Below, one piece after another: positions 36,601 through 49,439 of a stretch of 64,000 bases of DNA. The first letter of the stretch is position 1; each line of letters starts with the position of its first letter. The position numbers and the translations under genes were made by a program. A model generated the notes under the pieces. It searched no databases and was not told where the DNA came from. It worked only from the letters and a program-made list of their open reading frames with translations. Location: NCBI GenBank assembly GCA_051530055.1, contig CM121342.1, positions 8,943,480-9,007,479 of the forward strand, written 5' to 3'. Origin of the DNA: Neoechinorhynchus agilis. Taxonomy: Eukaryota > Animalia > Acanthocephala.

Positions 36601-36989
36601 TTCTGAGCAATTTCTTTTTGTATTTAATTTTTTCATTTTCATACTCATTATTTACATTGCTTGGCTTTAGGTTTTCGAATCCCTAGGATTTTTACATAAC
36701 TATTGCATGATAACAAAAATTTTTAATAAGTCGTCAAAGATTTAAATTGTAGAAAAGTTGAAAGGTTCAGCATTTTTATAATTAAGCAGAACAACTTTAC
36801 AAACTTTTAGCTTAAATGTTCTTCGAAAGTTAGTTTGCATTCTGAATTACTCATGGTTTAAATCTTTCTTACATAAAAGAGATCTACATTTATTTTCGCA
36901 AAAGCACTCGTGCTTTATTGCGAGACGAGATAATCATTTTAAAATCTCTCAAGCTCTTCGCAGTCCAGTCTTCGTGTGCCCAAGGGAAA

Positions 36990-39900
36990 GATAGGTAAGA
37001 TAGAGCTTTATAGAAGGTCCCAGCAAACTTATGCCTTTGCTCAGGGGAGGGGGCCTCTTTAAAAAAGACCAGACCTCAAAATTGCCCAAGCATTCCAAAC
37101 TGTTCTGATCTGATTGTCATTTAAACCTAAAACTTTTGCTCTGCGTGATTCGGCCTGTGCAAGTTTTAGTAATGTATTCAGTTTTTTGAAGTCTCTTGTG
37201 GGCGATAAATTTTTCGTAAAGTGATATCCTAGTATAGTTAATCCTGAAGACCATTTGATGTTTGAGCCAAAGAAATTTCCCAAAAAACTTTTAATACTCT
37301 TTTTTCCTTTCTTCGATTTCGATTTAACCAAAAATTTGGTCTTTGACGGATTCAAGGAAAGACCCATTTTCCCTAGAGAATTTTCGAGATATATCAAACA
37401 AGATAAAAGAAGTTTATTCGCCGCCACATAGTTTGGCTCTTTGATTAGCATAGATTGATATTGACCTCGCCATTTTGCAGTTTTGGATAATGTATTGGTT
37501 GGCCAGGCAAAATAGAATTGGAGATAGTGGAGAGACTTGCTGAACTCCTTTTCGGGGATAATATGTAATTTTGTCCGGATCATTTTGAAAAAAGAAAACT
37601 TTCGATTTTAAAATGTTTTTTATTCGTGCTATGATGTTGTAGGGGAAATAAAAGAATTTTAGCACCTTGATAATAAAATCAATATCGATGTTATCAAAGG
37701 CGCTTCTTATATCACAAGAGATTAAAATGTTCATTGATTTCTGGTCATTATAAAAATTATTTATGATCTCTCTTATGGCACTGTGTACCGATTTTCCCGG
37801 TAAAAACCCATGAGTACGTTCATCAATGCATCGGTTCTCGATCGAGAACTTGAGCAAACAAGTGCATTTTGGATTGAAATGGCTCTTACATCTTTAAATG
37901 ATGCTATTTTCCATCTTTTCTTTTTTAAAAATATTCTTTTAGCTATATTTATCTCCTCTCATTCTTCAGGCGAAGCCATAATCAATGTTCTAGATATCAT
38001 TTCTATATTGTCCCTATTCAATAAATTTGTTGCCTTTGAAGAAATACTTGACCCGTTATTAGAATATTTAGCTTTTGACATCCAGACAATTATAATATCT
38101 TCCCTTTTCAGATCCAACCGCCTTCGTTTCACGGGCCTGAAAATGTCTGCTTTTCGTCTTAATGCGCATCCCTCGGAATGTCCAGTGCACAATTTTACTG
38201 TGACATTCTCCAAACCCTCTGCTCTGATCCAAGAAGATGCTGCCCTTTGCCATGGTATAAACCTATTTTTTGAGACCACTCTCCACCAAGGCGATGAATT
38301 TGGTAAAAGTTCACTTATTCGCCGTTTAACCTGTGTTATTTGAAAGCGAGCTCTACATGGCCAGTAAAGTGCTGCCCAAAATTTAGCTTCATCAAACTTA
38401 TCTTTCGATCTAGCCATAAAAAGCTGCTGCTCGTAAAAAGAGAGCAGTTTGGGTTTATTTTGTTTTCTCCCCATTTTCGTAACAACAGATAGGAAACTAT
38501 TGCTAGACTCGGCCAGAAATGAATTTAGATTTTTGATTGATGAATTTTTATTGAGCCTACAGTAGAGAAAGGTTGATGCGTTGAACAATTGAACATTTAG
38601 GGCTGAGCATTTGAATCTTCGGTTGATCAGGATATTGTTATCAAATTTCCATTCTATTGCATCATGGCCCAAGCTTGAGAAAAGCTCGTGTTGTCTTAGT
38701 AACCTTGGTTTAATATTACAATCTCCACGCCAAAGGCAAAGATCCAAACAAGATGATATGTTGGGTGCTGTAAAAGTTGGGAGTGGAGGAAATAAAATTT
38801 CGAAAGGTGTTACGTCATGAACAATAGATCTAATCCATTTACTCGTTGGGTCATTGAAATCCCCAAATACAAAATTTAGCCCTGATTTTAACAGAAAAAT
38901 TTAAAAGATCCTTATTCATTCGGATATATATTTTCCCCGGTTTCACGTAAATGTTTACAATGACATGATTTTCCAGCATGCTTAAATGAAAAAATGGCGT
39001 AAGTTAGATGGGAAGAGGAGAATTCTGATATCTTTTTAGCAAACAGACTTTCTTTAAAAATTGAGAGTAAACCTTGGGAGTGTTTCTAAACGGTGTTGTG
39101 ATAAAGAAGGAGAAGCCTCCCTTATCCAAAATATTAGCAGGTAAACCGTTTTTGTCATAGAGTGATTTCGTTTCCTGTATAAAAATTATATCTATCTCCA
39201 AGAAATAGGTTGACAGTCTGGAAAAACCTGAGAGCCCCCCTGAATTCCATTGGACCACCTTTAGCTCCATCTTACCTCCTGTTATGTATTAAGTTGCTTA
39301 TCCGCTGGGCACAGACTTCGTTCTGTTCTTCCCATATTTGCTTAATACTCTTCTCGTTTAAACCCTCGTCCCCTTCCATTTCAACATCAGAGTCATGCAG
39401 GAGATAAACAATTTCGGCATTATTTGAATATTCGTGCTTAGATTTTTTAACTGGACCTCTAATTAAATTAACCGATTTCCTTTGCAGGTCTAGAGATTTT
39501 GTGATGTTAACCATCAATGCGTCGAAATGAGCCGAGAGACGTCTTCTTAACCTTATCTACCAAGTTAAGGATGTTTTTCGCAAATTCATCCAGTCTCGCA
39601 TCCAGGTTGGGTTAGAAACCTCTTCTGGATTTTCATTGGTTAGTGCCAAAGTGCTCGTTTGGTTTGTCATCCTAATTTTTCGTGTTCTCGATCATGCCGA
39701 TTCAGTTGAGTTTGATATGTTCCTTATGCTCTGTCCCCATGCTTTAGTCTTTGAATGCTGAACATGTTCTCGAAAAGGCACGGTGTCCTTCTTGTCCGCA
39801 ATTACACCATTGTCTTTTTTGTTTGTCACATTAACTACTGTGATGATATCGAGAACAGAACGCACATCGAACTTTTTTGCTAGGACAGCGCTGAGCCCAA

Positions 39901-40680
39901 TGTCCCCATTGCTGACATCCTGTACATCTTGGGTAAATATGGTCATCCTAATATGAGATTTCATTAGCCGTGAAATTTACTTCCATTGATTGGAAGAAAC
40001 ATCTCATGCTGGTAAGTTTGTCTCGAATTTCTCTTGCTGCTTTTACCACAACTCTTGGTGTCAGCATGTTTGTTTTGTTTGATTTCAGGAAAAAGAGGAT
40101 TTTACAATTGAACTTGTCTTCAAACTCCTTCTTATCCTCTGAACTGATATCCGCAGAAATCCCCGATACAATGAAGGTTGACTCGTATGATCCATTGGTT
40201 ATCAGTACGTCCGAAGTATCGCATCCACCTAGATACTCTTCGTATTCGATTCTATATTTATCACTTATAAGATAAACTTTCATCTTCCCTGCAAAATACG
40301 TTATTGACTTGGTTCGCTGGACATCGTCTTTGTATTTCCTCAGCCAAGGGGCGAGAAAACGTGTATGTATAACTTCTCTAGGTAGAATCGGGTTTGACTG
40401 AATCATCACCATATAAGGCCATTTTTCTGTTATTTGTTCCAAGTAAACCATTTCCTTTGTACTCGCTAGGTAATTCTGGGTTTGTTGAACATCGTTGGAG
40501 TTTTTGTCATAATGATGACATATTTGTTTTTTCAATGTTGAGGATACTTCTATCCTAAGTTTATTGGGTGGACGTTTGCCACCCTCCTCCGCAACAAGAG
40601 GTTAATTATAATAATTAATTTATTCGTAAAGGTGACACAAGATATCGCACACGACGTCTAGAACCAGTTGCTCAACAGTA
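36990..40680 (-). mobile_element. Near full-length APE-type LINE (ORF1 with three zinc knuckles; ORF2 APE+RT), disrupted
   Basis: ORF1 CTGCQQWGHWAQRC / CAFCSRYHHSS / CNCGQEGH; APE QWNSGGL...IFIQETK, LDLCL, GHDAI; RT HGFLPGKS, SCDIRSAFD, GVQQVSPLSP. Confidence 0.88.
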
Positions 40681-40699
40681 ATAACCGGAATATTATTCA

Positions 40700-42760
40700 A
40701 TTATGACGTTGCTGTTCCAATCCATCTCAAGGATTTGCTGGCCCAGCCCACAGAGGGAATCCACTCAAAAGGAAGTCTCGACAGAATTTGCAGAAAGACG
40801 CAGCGGAAGGTTAGGCGTTGTTCTGGAGGCCTTCCTCTGGAATAAAAGACCAGACCTGAAGTAGCCCATGCGCACCATATCGTTTTACAATTCTTGGCGC
40901 TAAGTCCGATACGAGCGGCACGTCTGGCCTTAACTCTTGCCGTTTCAAAAGTTTTTTCATCTTTCGCATATCAGATGCTGTCGATAGGTTATTCGTGAGT
41001 GTATAACCCAAAATATCGAGCCTCTTGTATACAGGGTCGAAATCTAACCCAAAAACTCCTTTATACACTCTCTGATATTCTTCTTGCCTATTCTAGATTT
41101 AGATTTTATTAAAAATTTCGTCTTCTTTTGGTTCAAAGAAAGATCCATTTGAGGTAGGTGGGATTTTAAAAAATTCAGCACGGCAGCCAATTTCGCACGT
41201 GATCGTATGTAATTAGCTTCTTTAATGACCACAAAGAGGTCATCGGCATACATCGTTATGCCCCGACAAACGGTGCAATTTTGAATTAAAAATTGGGTTG
41301 CCAAGCAAAAGAGTATGGGTGATAACGGTGAGCCTTGTGGAACACCCTTCGATTTATAAAACATAGTCCCTGCTGGATCGTCTACAAAATAAAATTGTTT
41401 GCATTTCAGTATGTTGTTTACCCCCGCAATAATATTAAAAGGAAAACTAAAAAAATCTTAAAATATTTACAATGAAGGTGATGTCGACATTATCAAAGGC
41501 TTTCGATATATCGATAGAAATGAGAATGTTTGTCGACATAGGATTTTTATAAAAATTATCTATTATATCATTGAGCGCAGTATGAACGGATTTCCCTGGT
41601 AGGAATCCATGACATCGCTCATCAATTAGATGATGTATACAAGAAAATTCCAAAATAGATCTCGCCAAGACACGCTCGTAAATGGATACGAAAGAATTTT
41701 GAATGGATATGGGCCTGACATCACTAGGTGAAGAAACAGCCTTGCCTCTCCTTTTACAAAGAAAAATTCTTTTTGAAATGTTTATCTGAGGCCATTCCTC
41801 AGATGAAGCTGCCAACATGTGCTCGGCTACAGCTATGATATTAGTTTGATTTAGCACATTCGTAGCTTTAAAACATGGGGACGAGCCATTACTCGATGAA
41901 GGATTCCTCGAACCCCACCATTGGATAAAATCGTTCCTACAGAGATCAAAACGACGCGGTTTAATTCTAATAAAATTATGGCAGACCGGAATCTTACTCG
42001 CTCCATTACAATGCTCAGCGCAAAGAGCTCAAAAAACATTTTCCCACCCCGAGGTTTTAATCCAATTCGCTGCGGCCCTCTTCCAAGGACGGAATCGTTT
42101 TGGTGCAGCAACCTGCCACCAAGGAGAAGAATATGGCATAAAAGATCTAATTCTCTTACTGTCGCAATCTAATTGAAAACGAGTTCTACAGGGCCAATAC
42201 AAAGCGGACCAAAACTTAATATCATCCTTATCATCGAATGCCTTAGCCATAAAAAGTTTCTTGCCATACATGGAAAGTAATTTTGGTTTTTGAATATTCG
42301 AGCCTATGCATCTCTTGACCGTTGTCAAAATTAATCGCTAGCTGTTGCTACAAATTCATTCAGGTCGTTAAGCTGCATAAAGGCTCCAAATGTAGTGGCC
42401 AACTTTATTGCTGCATTAAAGATGTCTATATTGAGAGCACTCAATTTAAATTTACGGCACAAGAGAGTATTACTCCCCAAAACCCATACTAGGACATCGT
42501 GTCCAGCCACTCGAAAAATTGATGATTGCGAAACGAGTTTGGGTTTAACGGGAAAGTTACTTCGTGCAAGGCACAAATCTAAAAAAGAATGGGACCTGCC
42601 GTCAGAAAAGGTAGGAGCAGTAGGAATAAGAAGTTCATGTGTGCCACCTGAACGTAAAATGGCCTTCAACCATTTCTGGGACGGACCGTTAAAATCGCCG
42701 AAACAGAAGTCAATTCGGGCTGCTAAAACATTTTTCATAATATCCTTATTCTGTGACAAG
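40700..42760 (-). mobile_element. 5'-truncated APE-type LINE of the same family, tandem to the previous copy
   Basis: FGDFNG, PTF...FLDLCL, GHDVL; VRPISIQN...YERVL; ISIDISKAFDNVD; GVPQGSPLSPILF; MYADDLF. Confidence 0.88.
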
Positions 42761-43880
42761 TGAATTTTTTAGTAATTTCCTCCCCATGAAACGAATCGAA
42801 AATATAGCGTATGATAAATCCGGGTAGGTATACTCTGAAATTAGAGTTGGCTGTAGGTCAGTCCTAAAAATGGATAATAAACCTTGAGAATTGTTTAAAA
42901 AAGGCTTGGATGGAAACATTGAAAGCGATCGAAAAAATCCGGAAAATATAAGAAACAGGGGTCGTGTCGATAAATTATTTAAGAAAATGGAGGACTTTAT
43001 TCCGATTGGACAATCCAGAAAACGTGCTGTTTTCTTTGGCAGCAAATAGAGTGGTAAAATGTTAACCACGGAGGAAACAAATCAAGGAAAAGCCGATTTA
43101 AAATCTGCGGTAAAAGCATCACAAAAAAGAAGGGTAATGTCCGAAGAAAAGAAGAACGTGGTCGCTATGACAAGTTTTCATCAATTTATTAAAATCAACC
43201 TAAGCTTTGAAAGTTTCAAAGGAGCGACAAATATAACTACGGATTTCTCAGGATGCCGTATTCTTGAGCATCCCAATCCTTCGTTGGGGTGGGGGATTCT
43301 TTAAACGAAGGATTTGTCGGGATGCCGTTAATGTGGTACACACCATTCCATCGTTGGGTTATAGAAGGATTTCTCGGTATGCCGTAGTCGTTGTACATCC
43401 AAATCATCCGTTGAAGGGTTCTTTAAAACGAAGGATTTCGTGAGATAACGTCAAGCTAAAGGCAATAAATCAACTTATTTCGATCATTTATTCTTATGAG
43501 AATGTCGCGTTTTGTCGAAGATTTGGTACAATTCTTCGCAATGTTATAAAGCTACGTTCTGTACTTTGAGTTTCCAGGACTATTATGATCCAGGTTTTTT
43601 TAACGGATAGCAGACGTTTATTTGCAATTTTTTTAAACCAAATGCCTTTTGTAGGTTTTAGACGTCGGATTTTACGATTCGCATTATACGCGTGAAAAAT
43701 CATTGAATCGATCTAAATATACCACCATTATGACATCGCTCCTTACTTTAAATCTTCTTCACTAAAAATTGTACATTTTTTATCATTTTCAATCTAAAAA
43801 GTAAAAACATTGATTTTCAATAGAATTTTTATCATGCAGTCACGTTATTTTTCATCAATACCAATTTCTCCTTGTAAAAT
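42760..43880 (+). repeat. Family X copy
   Basis: Near-identical reverse complement of 34980-35960. Confidence 0.85.
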
Positions 43881-43926
43881 TGTTTATTCATAGTTGCAAC
43901 CTTATTAACCTCCCCGATGACTGATT

Positions 43927-43977
43927 TATTTGTACGAATTTTCGTCTGTATGCAGACCTCTTCAGGTATCTAGAATA
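43927..43977 (-). ncRNA. Minimal type I hammerhead ribozyme at the PLE 3' end
   Basis: Minus strand tatt..tac-CTGAAGA-g-gtctg-cata-cagac-GAAA-at-TC-gta..aata: canonical core, perfect helix II, AATT helix III, interrupted helix I. Confidence 0.85.
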
Positions 43978-44023
43978 GTACGTGGTGAGTGTGGCTTGGG
44001 CAGAACTCGGGTGCCCGGGGTTG

Positions 44024-44620
44024 TTAGGCCCGCGGGTGATCTGTCACCCCCTGGGCAGGTCTTAGTTTGTATGGAATCTTCAGCTTCCAGCTTGGGGTAT
44101 TCCCCTCCATACAGTTGTTGTTTATCATTACCGCTTTTTTGATTGCCCTCCTTTTCCAGTCACTCTCGATCATGATCTGATGAACATCCTCAAATCCGAT
44201 TTCATGATTCGTTTTTACAACATGATTACTGATGGCGGACGACGTATCTGCTCTGCGCACACAATATTTATGCTGGTCAATACGCTTTTTTAGTCCTTGA
44301 CTTGTTTGTCGAACATAATATTTTCCGCATTGTCTGCATGGTACTTTATAGATTATAATTTTTATCATCTTGTTTTGGTTTCTTTTTGAATATACCCGCC
44401 AACTTCGTTGCTGCTTTAGAATATATTGACACCGAATGGGTCTTGCATCTTCTTATAAGATGTTGTAATTTGTTCAGAGTTGCTTCATTGATGAATTTTG
44501 ATTCCAAGAATATTTTCTGATTGGCGGTGGGTTTCGGGTTGTTTTTCGATGTAATGTTCGTATCATTCTCCTCTCGCTGAATACTCATCCTCGTCTTCAT
44601 TAAGGACTAGCCCGGTCGAC
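44024..44620 (-). mobile_element. PLE linker plus GIY-YIG fragment
   Basis: IIYKVPCRQCGKYYV.QTSQGLKKRIDQH...SAISNHV...H.I.FE...CMEGN. Confidence 0.87.
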
Positions 44621-44719
44621 ATCGTCGCGCGAGCCTGAAATTAGAGAACTATGAACTCGGGTGACTAAAGGTTTATCTCAGATGAACTGCTTTAGACCAT
44701 TCACGGGAACTTGGTAATA

Positions 44720-45290
44720 ACCCGTATTCTCCCACCATTTATGGACCGCTACTAGAAATTCGTCCGCTAAACAGAACATGGGTCACAATATACGCTTTAC
44801 CAAATCCCAACCCAGTTCGAATGATCGAAAAAACGCTGGCAACGACACATCTACTGCTTTTAGAATACCTAAGCCACTGGACGATACAGGCAATGAAGCT
44901 TGTCGCAAGGACTCGTCTGAAAGCTGGATATTTAAAATGTGCTTGAGACACGCCTTCACAATGTCATCGAGCTTCTTTAACTTATCGACGTGCTTGAAGA
45001 AGGAAGCCGTGAGCAGTATATAAAGTAGTTTCGGGATGAAGAGGATATTCTTGATCAGGAATAGAGCCTCGTGTGACGAAAGTTCATGGACTCTATCGCA
45101 CAGCATCGTGATGTTCGGGAGTAGATGGTCGATTTCATTTTCCAAGTTAGAATCAAAAACGCAGCTCCCTAGAAGACTCAGCCGGTCCAGAGTGATCAAT
45201 TTAAAACCGGGTGCCATATTTCTAAAACCTTTGACGATTTCGCTCTGCGGTGACTCGTCTTCGATTTTCATTACCAACAATTTGTTAATG
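44720..45290 (-). mobile_element. CRE-clade internal fragment (same family as copies 1-3)
   Basis: RLSLLGSCVFD...SHEALFLIK...LFIPKLLY...QASLPVSSSGLGI. Confidence 0.85.
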
Positions 45291-46359
45291 GGAACTCACA
45301 TCTACGTGTCGATATATGAGGATGTACCGGGATAAAATATTAAAATTGCCGTTTACTTCTAGTTTTATTTCCAATTTTGAACCAGTTCAGTTAAGGGCAG
45401 TATAGTTTCTTAAGCATTGATTATTTCCAATGTGATGAATCTTATGAAAATAAAATTGTCAATGATTTTGGTTCAAACATAATTGCCTTTTGGTGTTGTT
45501 TAACTAAATACGACGTTCCTAGGAAATCGACTCGATGATCATTCGAGCGAGACGGGAACAATTAATGGTTCATCGCTCAACAATGAGCATTGAAAAATGG
45601 AGCGGTGAACAGCAAAAACATTATAATTTTTAGCCAAGACGTTCTTATATTTCGTCAAAACGCAAAATAGATTTTTAAATTTTTATATTTTTTTCATCGT
45701 TCTCACAATTCAATGTTCTGAAATATCAGCCTCCATAAGATTCCGAAAATTGGATCTGCTGAAAGGTACTCGCTGTTTTGAGGGAACGCATTGCAATCAC
45801 AACATTATCGACCCCAATTATATTGCTCGCCATTGGCTTCTCTATTTGATTATTGGTAATTAGCAGATTGATACAATTAAAGAAGCAGAAAAGCAATGGA
45901 AAGGAGATTCAACCACGATTTGTTCAGCTCATCCGAGTGGCAGATAGTGAGACGGAAATGGAAGGAACGGATGCGGAAAGTTTTCGGATCCATATAAAGA
46001 ATTTAGGGAAAGCGGAATTGAAATGGAGGATTAAAATTTATTTGAACGATCTGCAAAGAAGATGAAGGAGGAAGGTTGAAATCAAATTGAAAAATGTTGG
46101 GTTGTGGTGGGCGAAGCAATAAACGGTGAAGAGTTATTTTTTTGTTATTATTAAAAGAAAAAAGAAGAAGCGAATGAAATTGAGATTGACGAATAATTTG
46201 AAAAACATGAGATGCGAACGGCAAGCAAGAAAGTGGAAATCGGGCGCTTAAACTGATATTGATCCGGATCAAATCCGCAAAACGTGTTTGGATGGCGATA
46301 AACACCACTGAAAAAAATTATAAGGTGTTTTGCGACTCCACTACCACTTATTCACGGTG

Positions 46360-48170
46360 CAATAAATATTCTTGATAGTCATTTTCGCATCGAGCAGCAT
46401 AAATTCACAGCAAATGTTTGCGACGAACGTCATTCGGTGTGCAAATGTACAAAATGGACATTTCGAATGTATAGATGAGAACGCAGATCGAACAAAAAGT
46501 GCAGCCCCTCCTCTTCCCATTTTTAATAAAAAATTATTCTCTTGGAACTCAGAAATTAATTTTCCATTGGAATCGTGCAGATCTCACGGTTCCGTGTCTA
46601 ATAACTCAATGAGCTGCTGCCCGAAAATCTTCGCTGCTATTAGCGAAGAGATTAAATTTTTATTATTTTCAAAATTAAAATTTACAAAACTAGATTTTAA
46701 TAATCTTCTTCATATTAATATAGTGAAGAAAGTCTTTTTACCAAAAACCAAGGGAATTATTTCAAAACCGGCTCATATTAGAGTAATTTCAATTCAGAAT
46801 CCTATAATCTCTTGCACAGAAAGAGTCGTAAATAGACTTATATACGAGTTTTTGGAAACTAAGAAGCTTATTCCTTCTTACTTCCATGGTTTTATCATAG
46901 GTAAAGGCGTTAACACTTTACTTGATACCCTTAACTGTATGAACAATATTAAATTTGTTCAAAAAATTCTTATTCAGCTTGACCTGAATAAAGCATTTGA
47001 TGCTTTGGATAGAACCTTTTTATGGAAAGCTCTTGAGGAGCTAAAAATTCCTCTGAATCTTATATATAAAATTAATTACTTACTTGAATCAAAGTCCTTT
47101 TATTATGAGGTGGATCCCTCAAAAACCAAATTCTTTTCCCGTTTGGGGGTCCCCCAAGGCTATCCACTATCCCCTACTCTTTTCTTTATCTACCTTATTT
47201 TTATCTTTAAGAAATTGAAACTACCCAGGGGTATCTTTCTTCTTATATATGCAGACGATATCTTTCTCTTCTGCAAGGCCAGGTCTTGTCCCTCTCTTTT
47301 ATGCAACATTCAAGCAGCTCTGAGTACCCTTAGCTCAAAGTTGAAATTGGCTAATCTAGCCACCAATGCCAATAAAACCTTTTTTATCCCCCTCTTCTAG
47401 GAAAGTTTTAATCAATAATTTAATTAAATACCACAATTTTAACTCCTCCAACATTAAGAAATTTACCAGGGTTCTAGGAATCGACTTCCCCTCCAAGACA
47501 TTTAGATTTTTAATTAATTCTTCGATTAATAATACCTTTCTAAAAATCAAATATGTTAAAAGAGTCAAATATCTTGATTTGAATTTTAACATTATATTAC
47601 CCGTTCTAAAAACTCTCATAGGAGGCTCTATCTGTTTTTTAGGGAGAGGTCGCCCTCCTGAACTTAGGTTTGCCTTCTTTTTTAGATGTTTTAATAAGCT
47701 TCATAAACTTTTATCAAATTATAATCTTATTCATGAGCCTCTTTTATCTTTCCTCTCACGCTTATTATTGGGAAAAATCTTATTCTTCCCTTCATTTTCT
47801 AATAAAGGTAAGTTCTTTTTATCTAATGAACAGGTATTCTACTTTCCCTCTCCTTCTAATCCCAACTTCAGCGTACAATGCTCCCACACAATTCGATTGG
47901 AATTCAATGATGCACACACTTTTTTTTGCAATAAGCAATTTCTTAATGGATAAAGATAGGAAAAAGTTAATGTCAAGAAAGTAATACTACCAGGATAAAA
48001 GATTAATTTGGTCTTTTGGTCCTCCGAGGTGGTCCGAGATCGACCTAATACTTGAGGTCCAATAGAGCAGACGAAGGACCAACGATAACTGCTAGACTAA
48101 CGAAAAACCCTAATTGTTATCTTACTAGTTGTATGGCCGTGTTAAATAAATAAAAAAATAACAAAAAGTT
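46360..48170 (+). mobile_element. 5'-truncated APE-type LINE (RT plus 3' UTR)
   Basis: RVISIQNP...FHGFIIGKG...QLDLNKAFD...GVPQGYPLSPTLF...YADDIF; 3' hairpin ttggtcct...aggaccaa; AATAAA and A-rich end at ~48150. Confidence 0.85.
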
Positions 48171-49439
48171 AGATATAAGAATCACAACAAGCTTGCGCTA
48201 AAAAGATTATATTAAAATTAATAAGAAGCGAATGTCCTGGATTCTATAGTTTGCGTAACACAAGAATTCGATCAAGCAATAAAGACAACACTTTATTGAA
48301 AATATCGCAATGACTATGACATAGGGTTAAGTCTGCGATTTTAGCCGACCTTCATGAGCAGAAGCAGCTACTCTGTTATGCCTCTGCTCATGGCCCACAA
48401 AGCTATGTGGTTCCAGTATTCAACCCAATGGTACATTACAAAATATTCGGTATATCGATCTCCATAGAGCGCATAATGGTGCTGATACACCTGAGTCAAC
48501 CAAGTGATTTCGTATTGGAAATCGTTGTAGATCCAGGCAAGTTCAAGGGCCGTGTACATTTCGTTTCAAGGATGAGAGATGAAGATGGTTCGTTGGATCG
48601 AAAACGAAGTGACGCTCCAACCAAGTAGACTTTAGCGAGTGCACAAACGGAGACTATGAATGGTAAACATAGCTACAAAATAGTACACAGGCGTTCAAAG
48701 TTTGTTCAACAACACGAAAATTAATCAGCAAACACGTTTACTAGAACAACTTTATAATGCTTCATAACGACGTAAACGAAAATCTTTTTAAGGAAAAATT
48801 GGGTTTCGAACGCGTAGAATAAAATTACGATCAGGCGATAAATTAAGTTGGAAAAGTTCAGAAAACATTTAAATGCGTAACGATAAACAAACATTTAAAT
48901 AAGCAAAGCCATACCGAAGAGGTGACGGCAACGAATTCGATAGAAGTATATTGCCCATTAAGCAAAGAAGCAGTAAAACTGCTGAGATTATTTCTCGTAG
49001 TCAACACGAGACATTCTGTTAACAAACGACAATTTCGGAAAATCGCGAACTAACAAAATGAACACAACAGCAGCAAAGATTCACGGATGCCTAATCTTTA
49101 AAAGGCGGGCGCAATTTTTACATGGGACAACCTTAAACCTTCCAACTTGCCGGGGAAATTCTACACCTTTGCGAGGGACAACTCGTTCTTAGACTAGAGA
49201 TCAAGTCACACGTCCTCTATTTCAATGCTCAAATCTACTTGGAAAATAAAGAATAAATCGGAAAGGTTGATGAGATTTTCGGACCAATCAAAGAATACTA
49301 TTTTTCAGTAAAAATGATGGATAATATGAAGGCAAATTCATTCAACAAGGGTCCATCCAATAGACTTCTTCTGGAAACGTCTCTGTTGCAAGCGCCAGGA
49401 GCGAAAAGCACTCAAGGCGGTGGAGCCCTTCTGATAACA

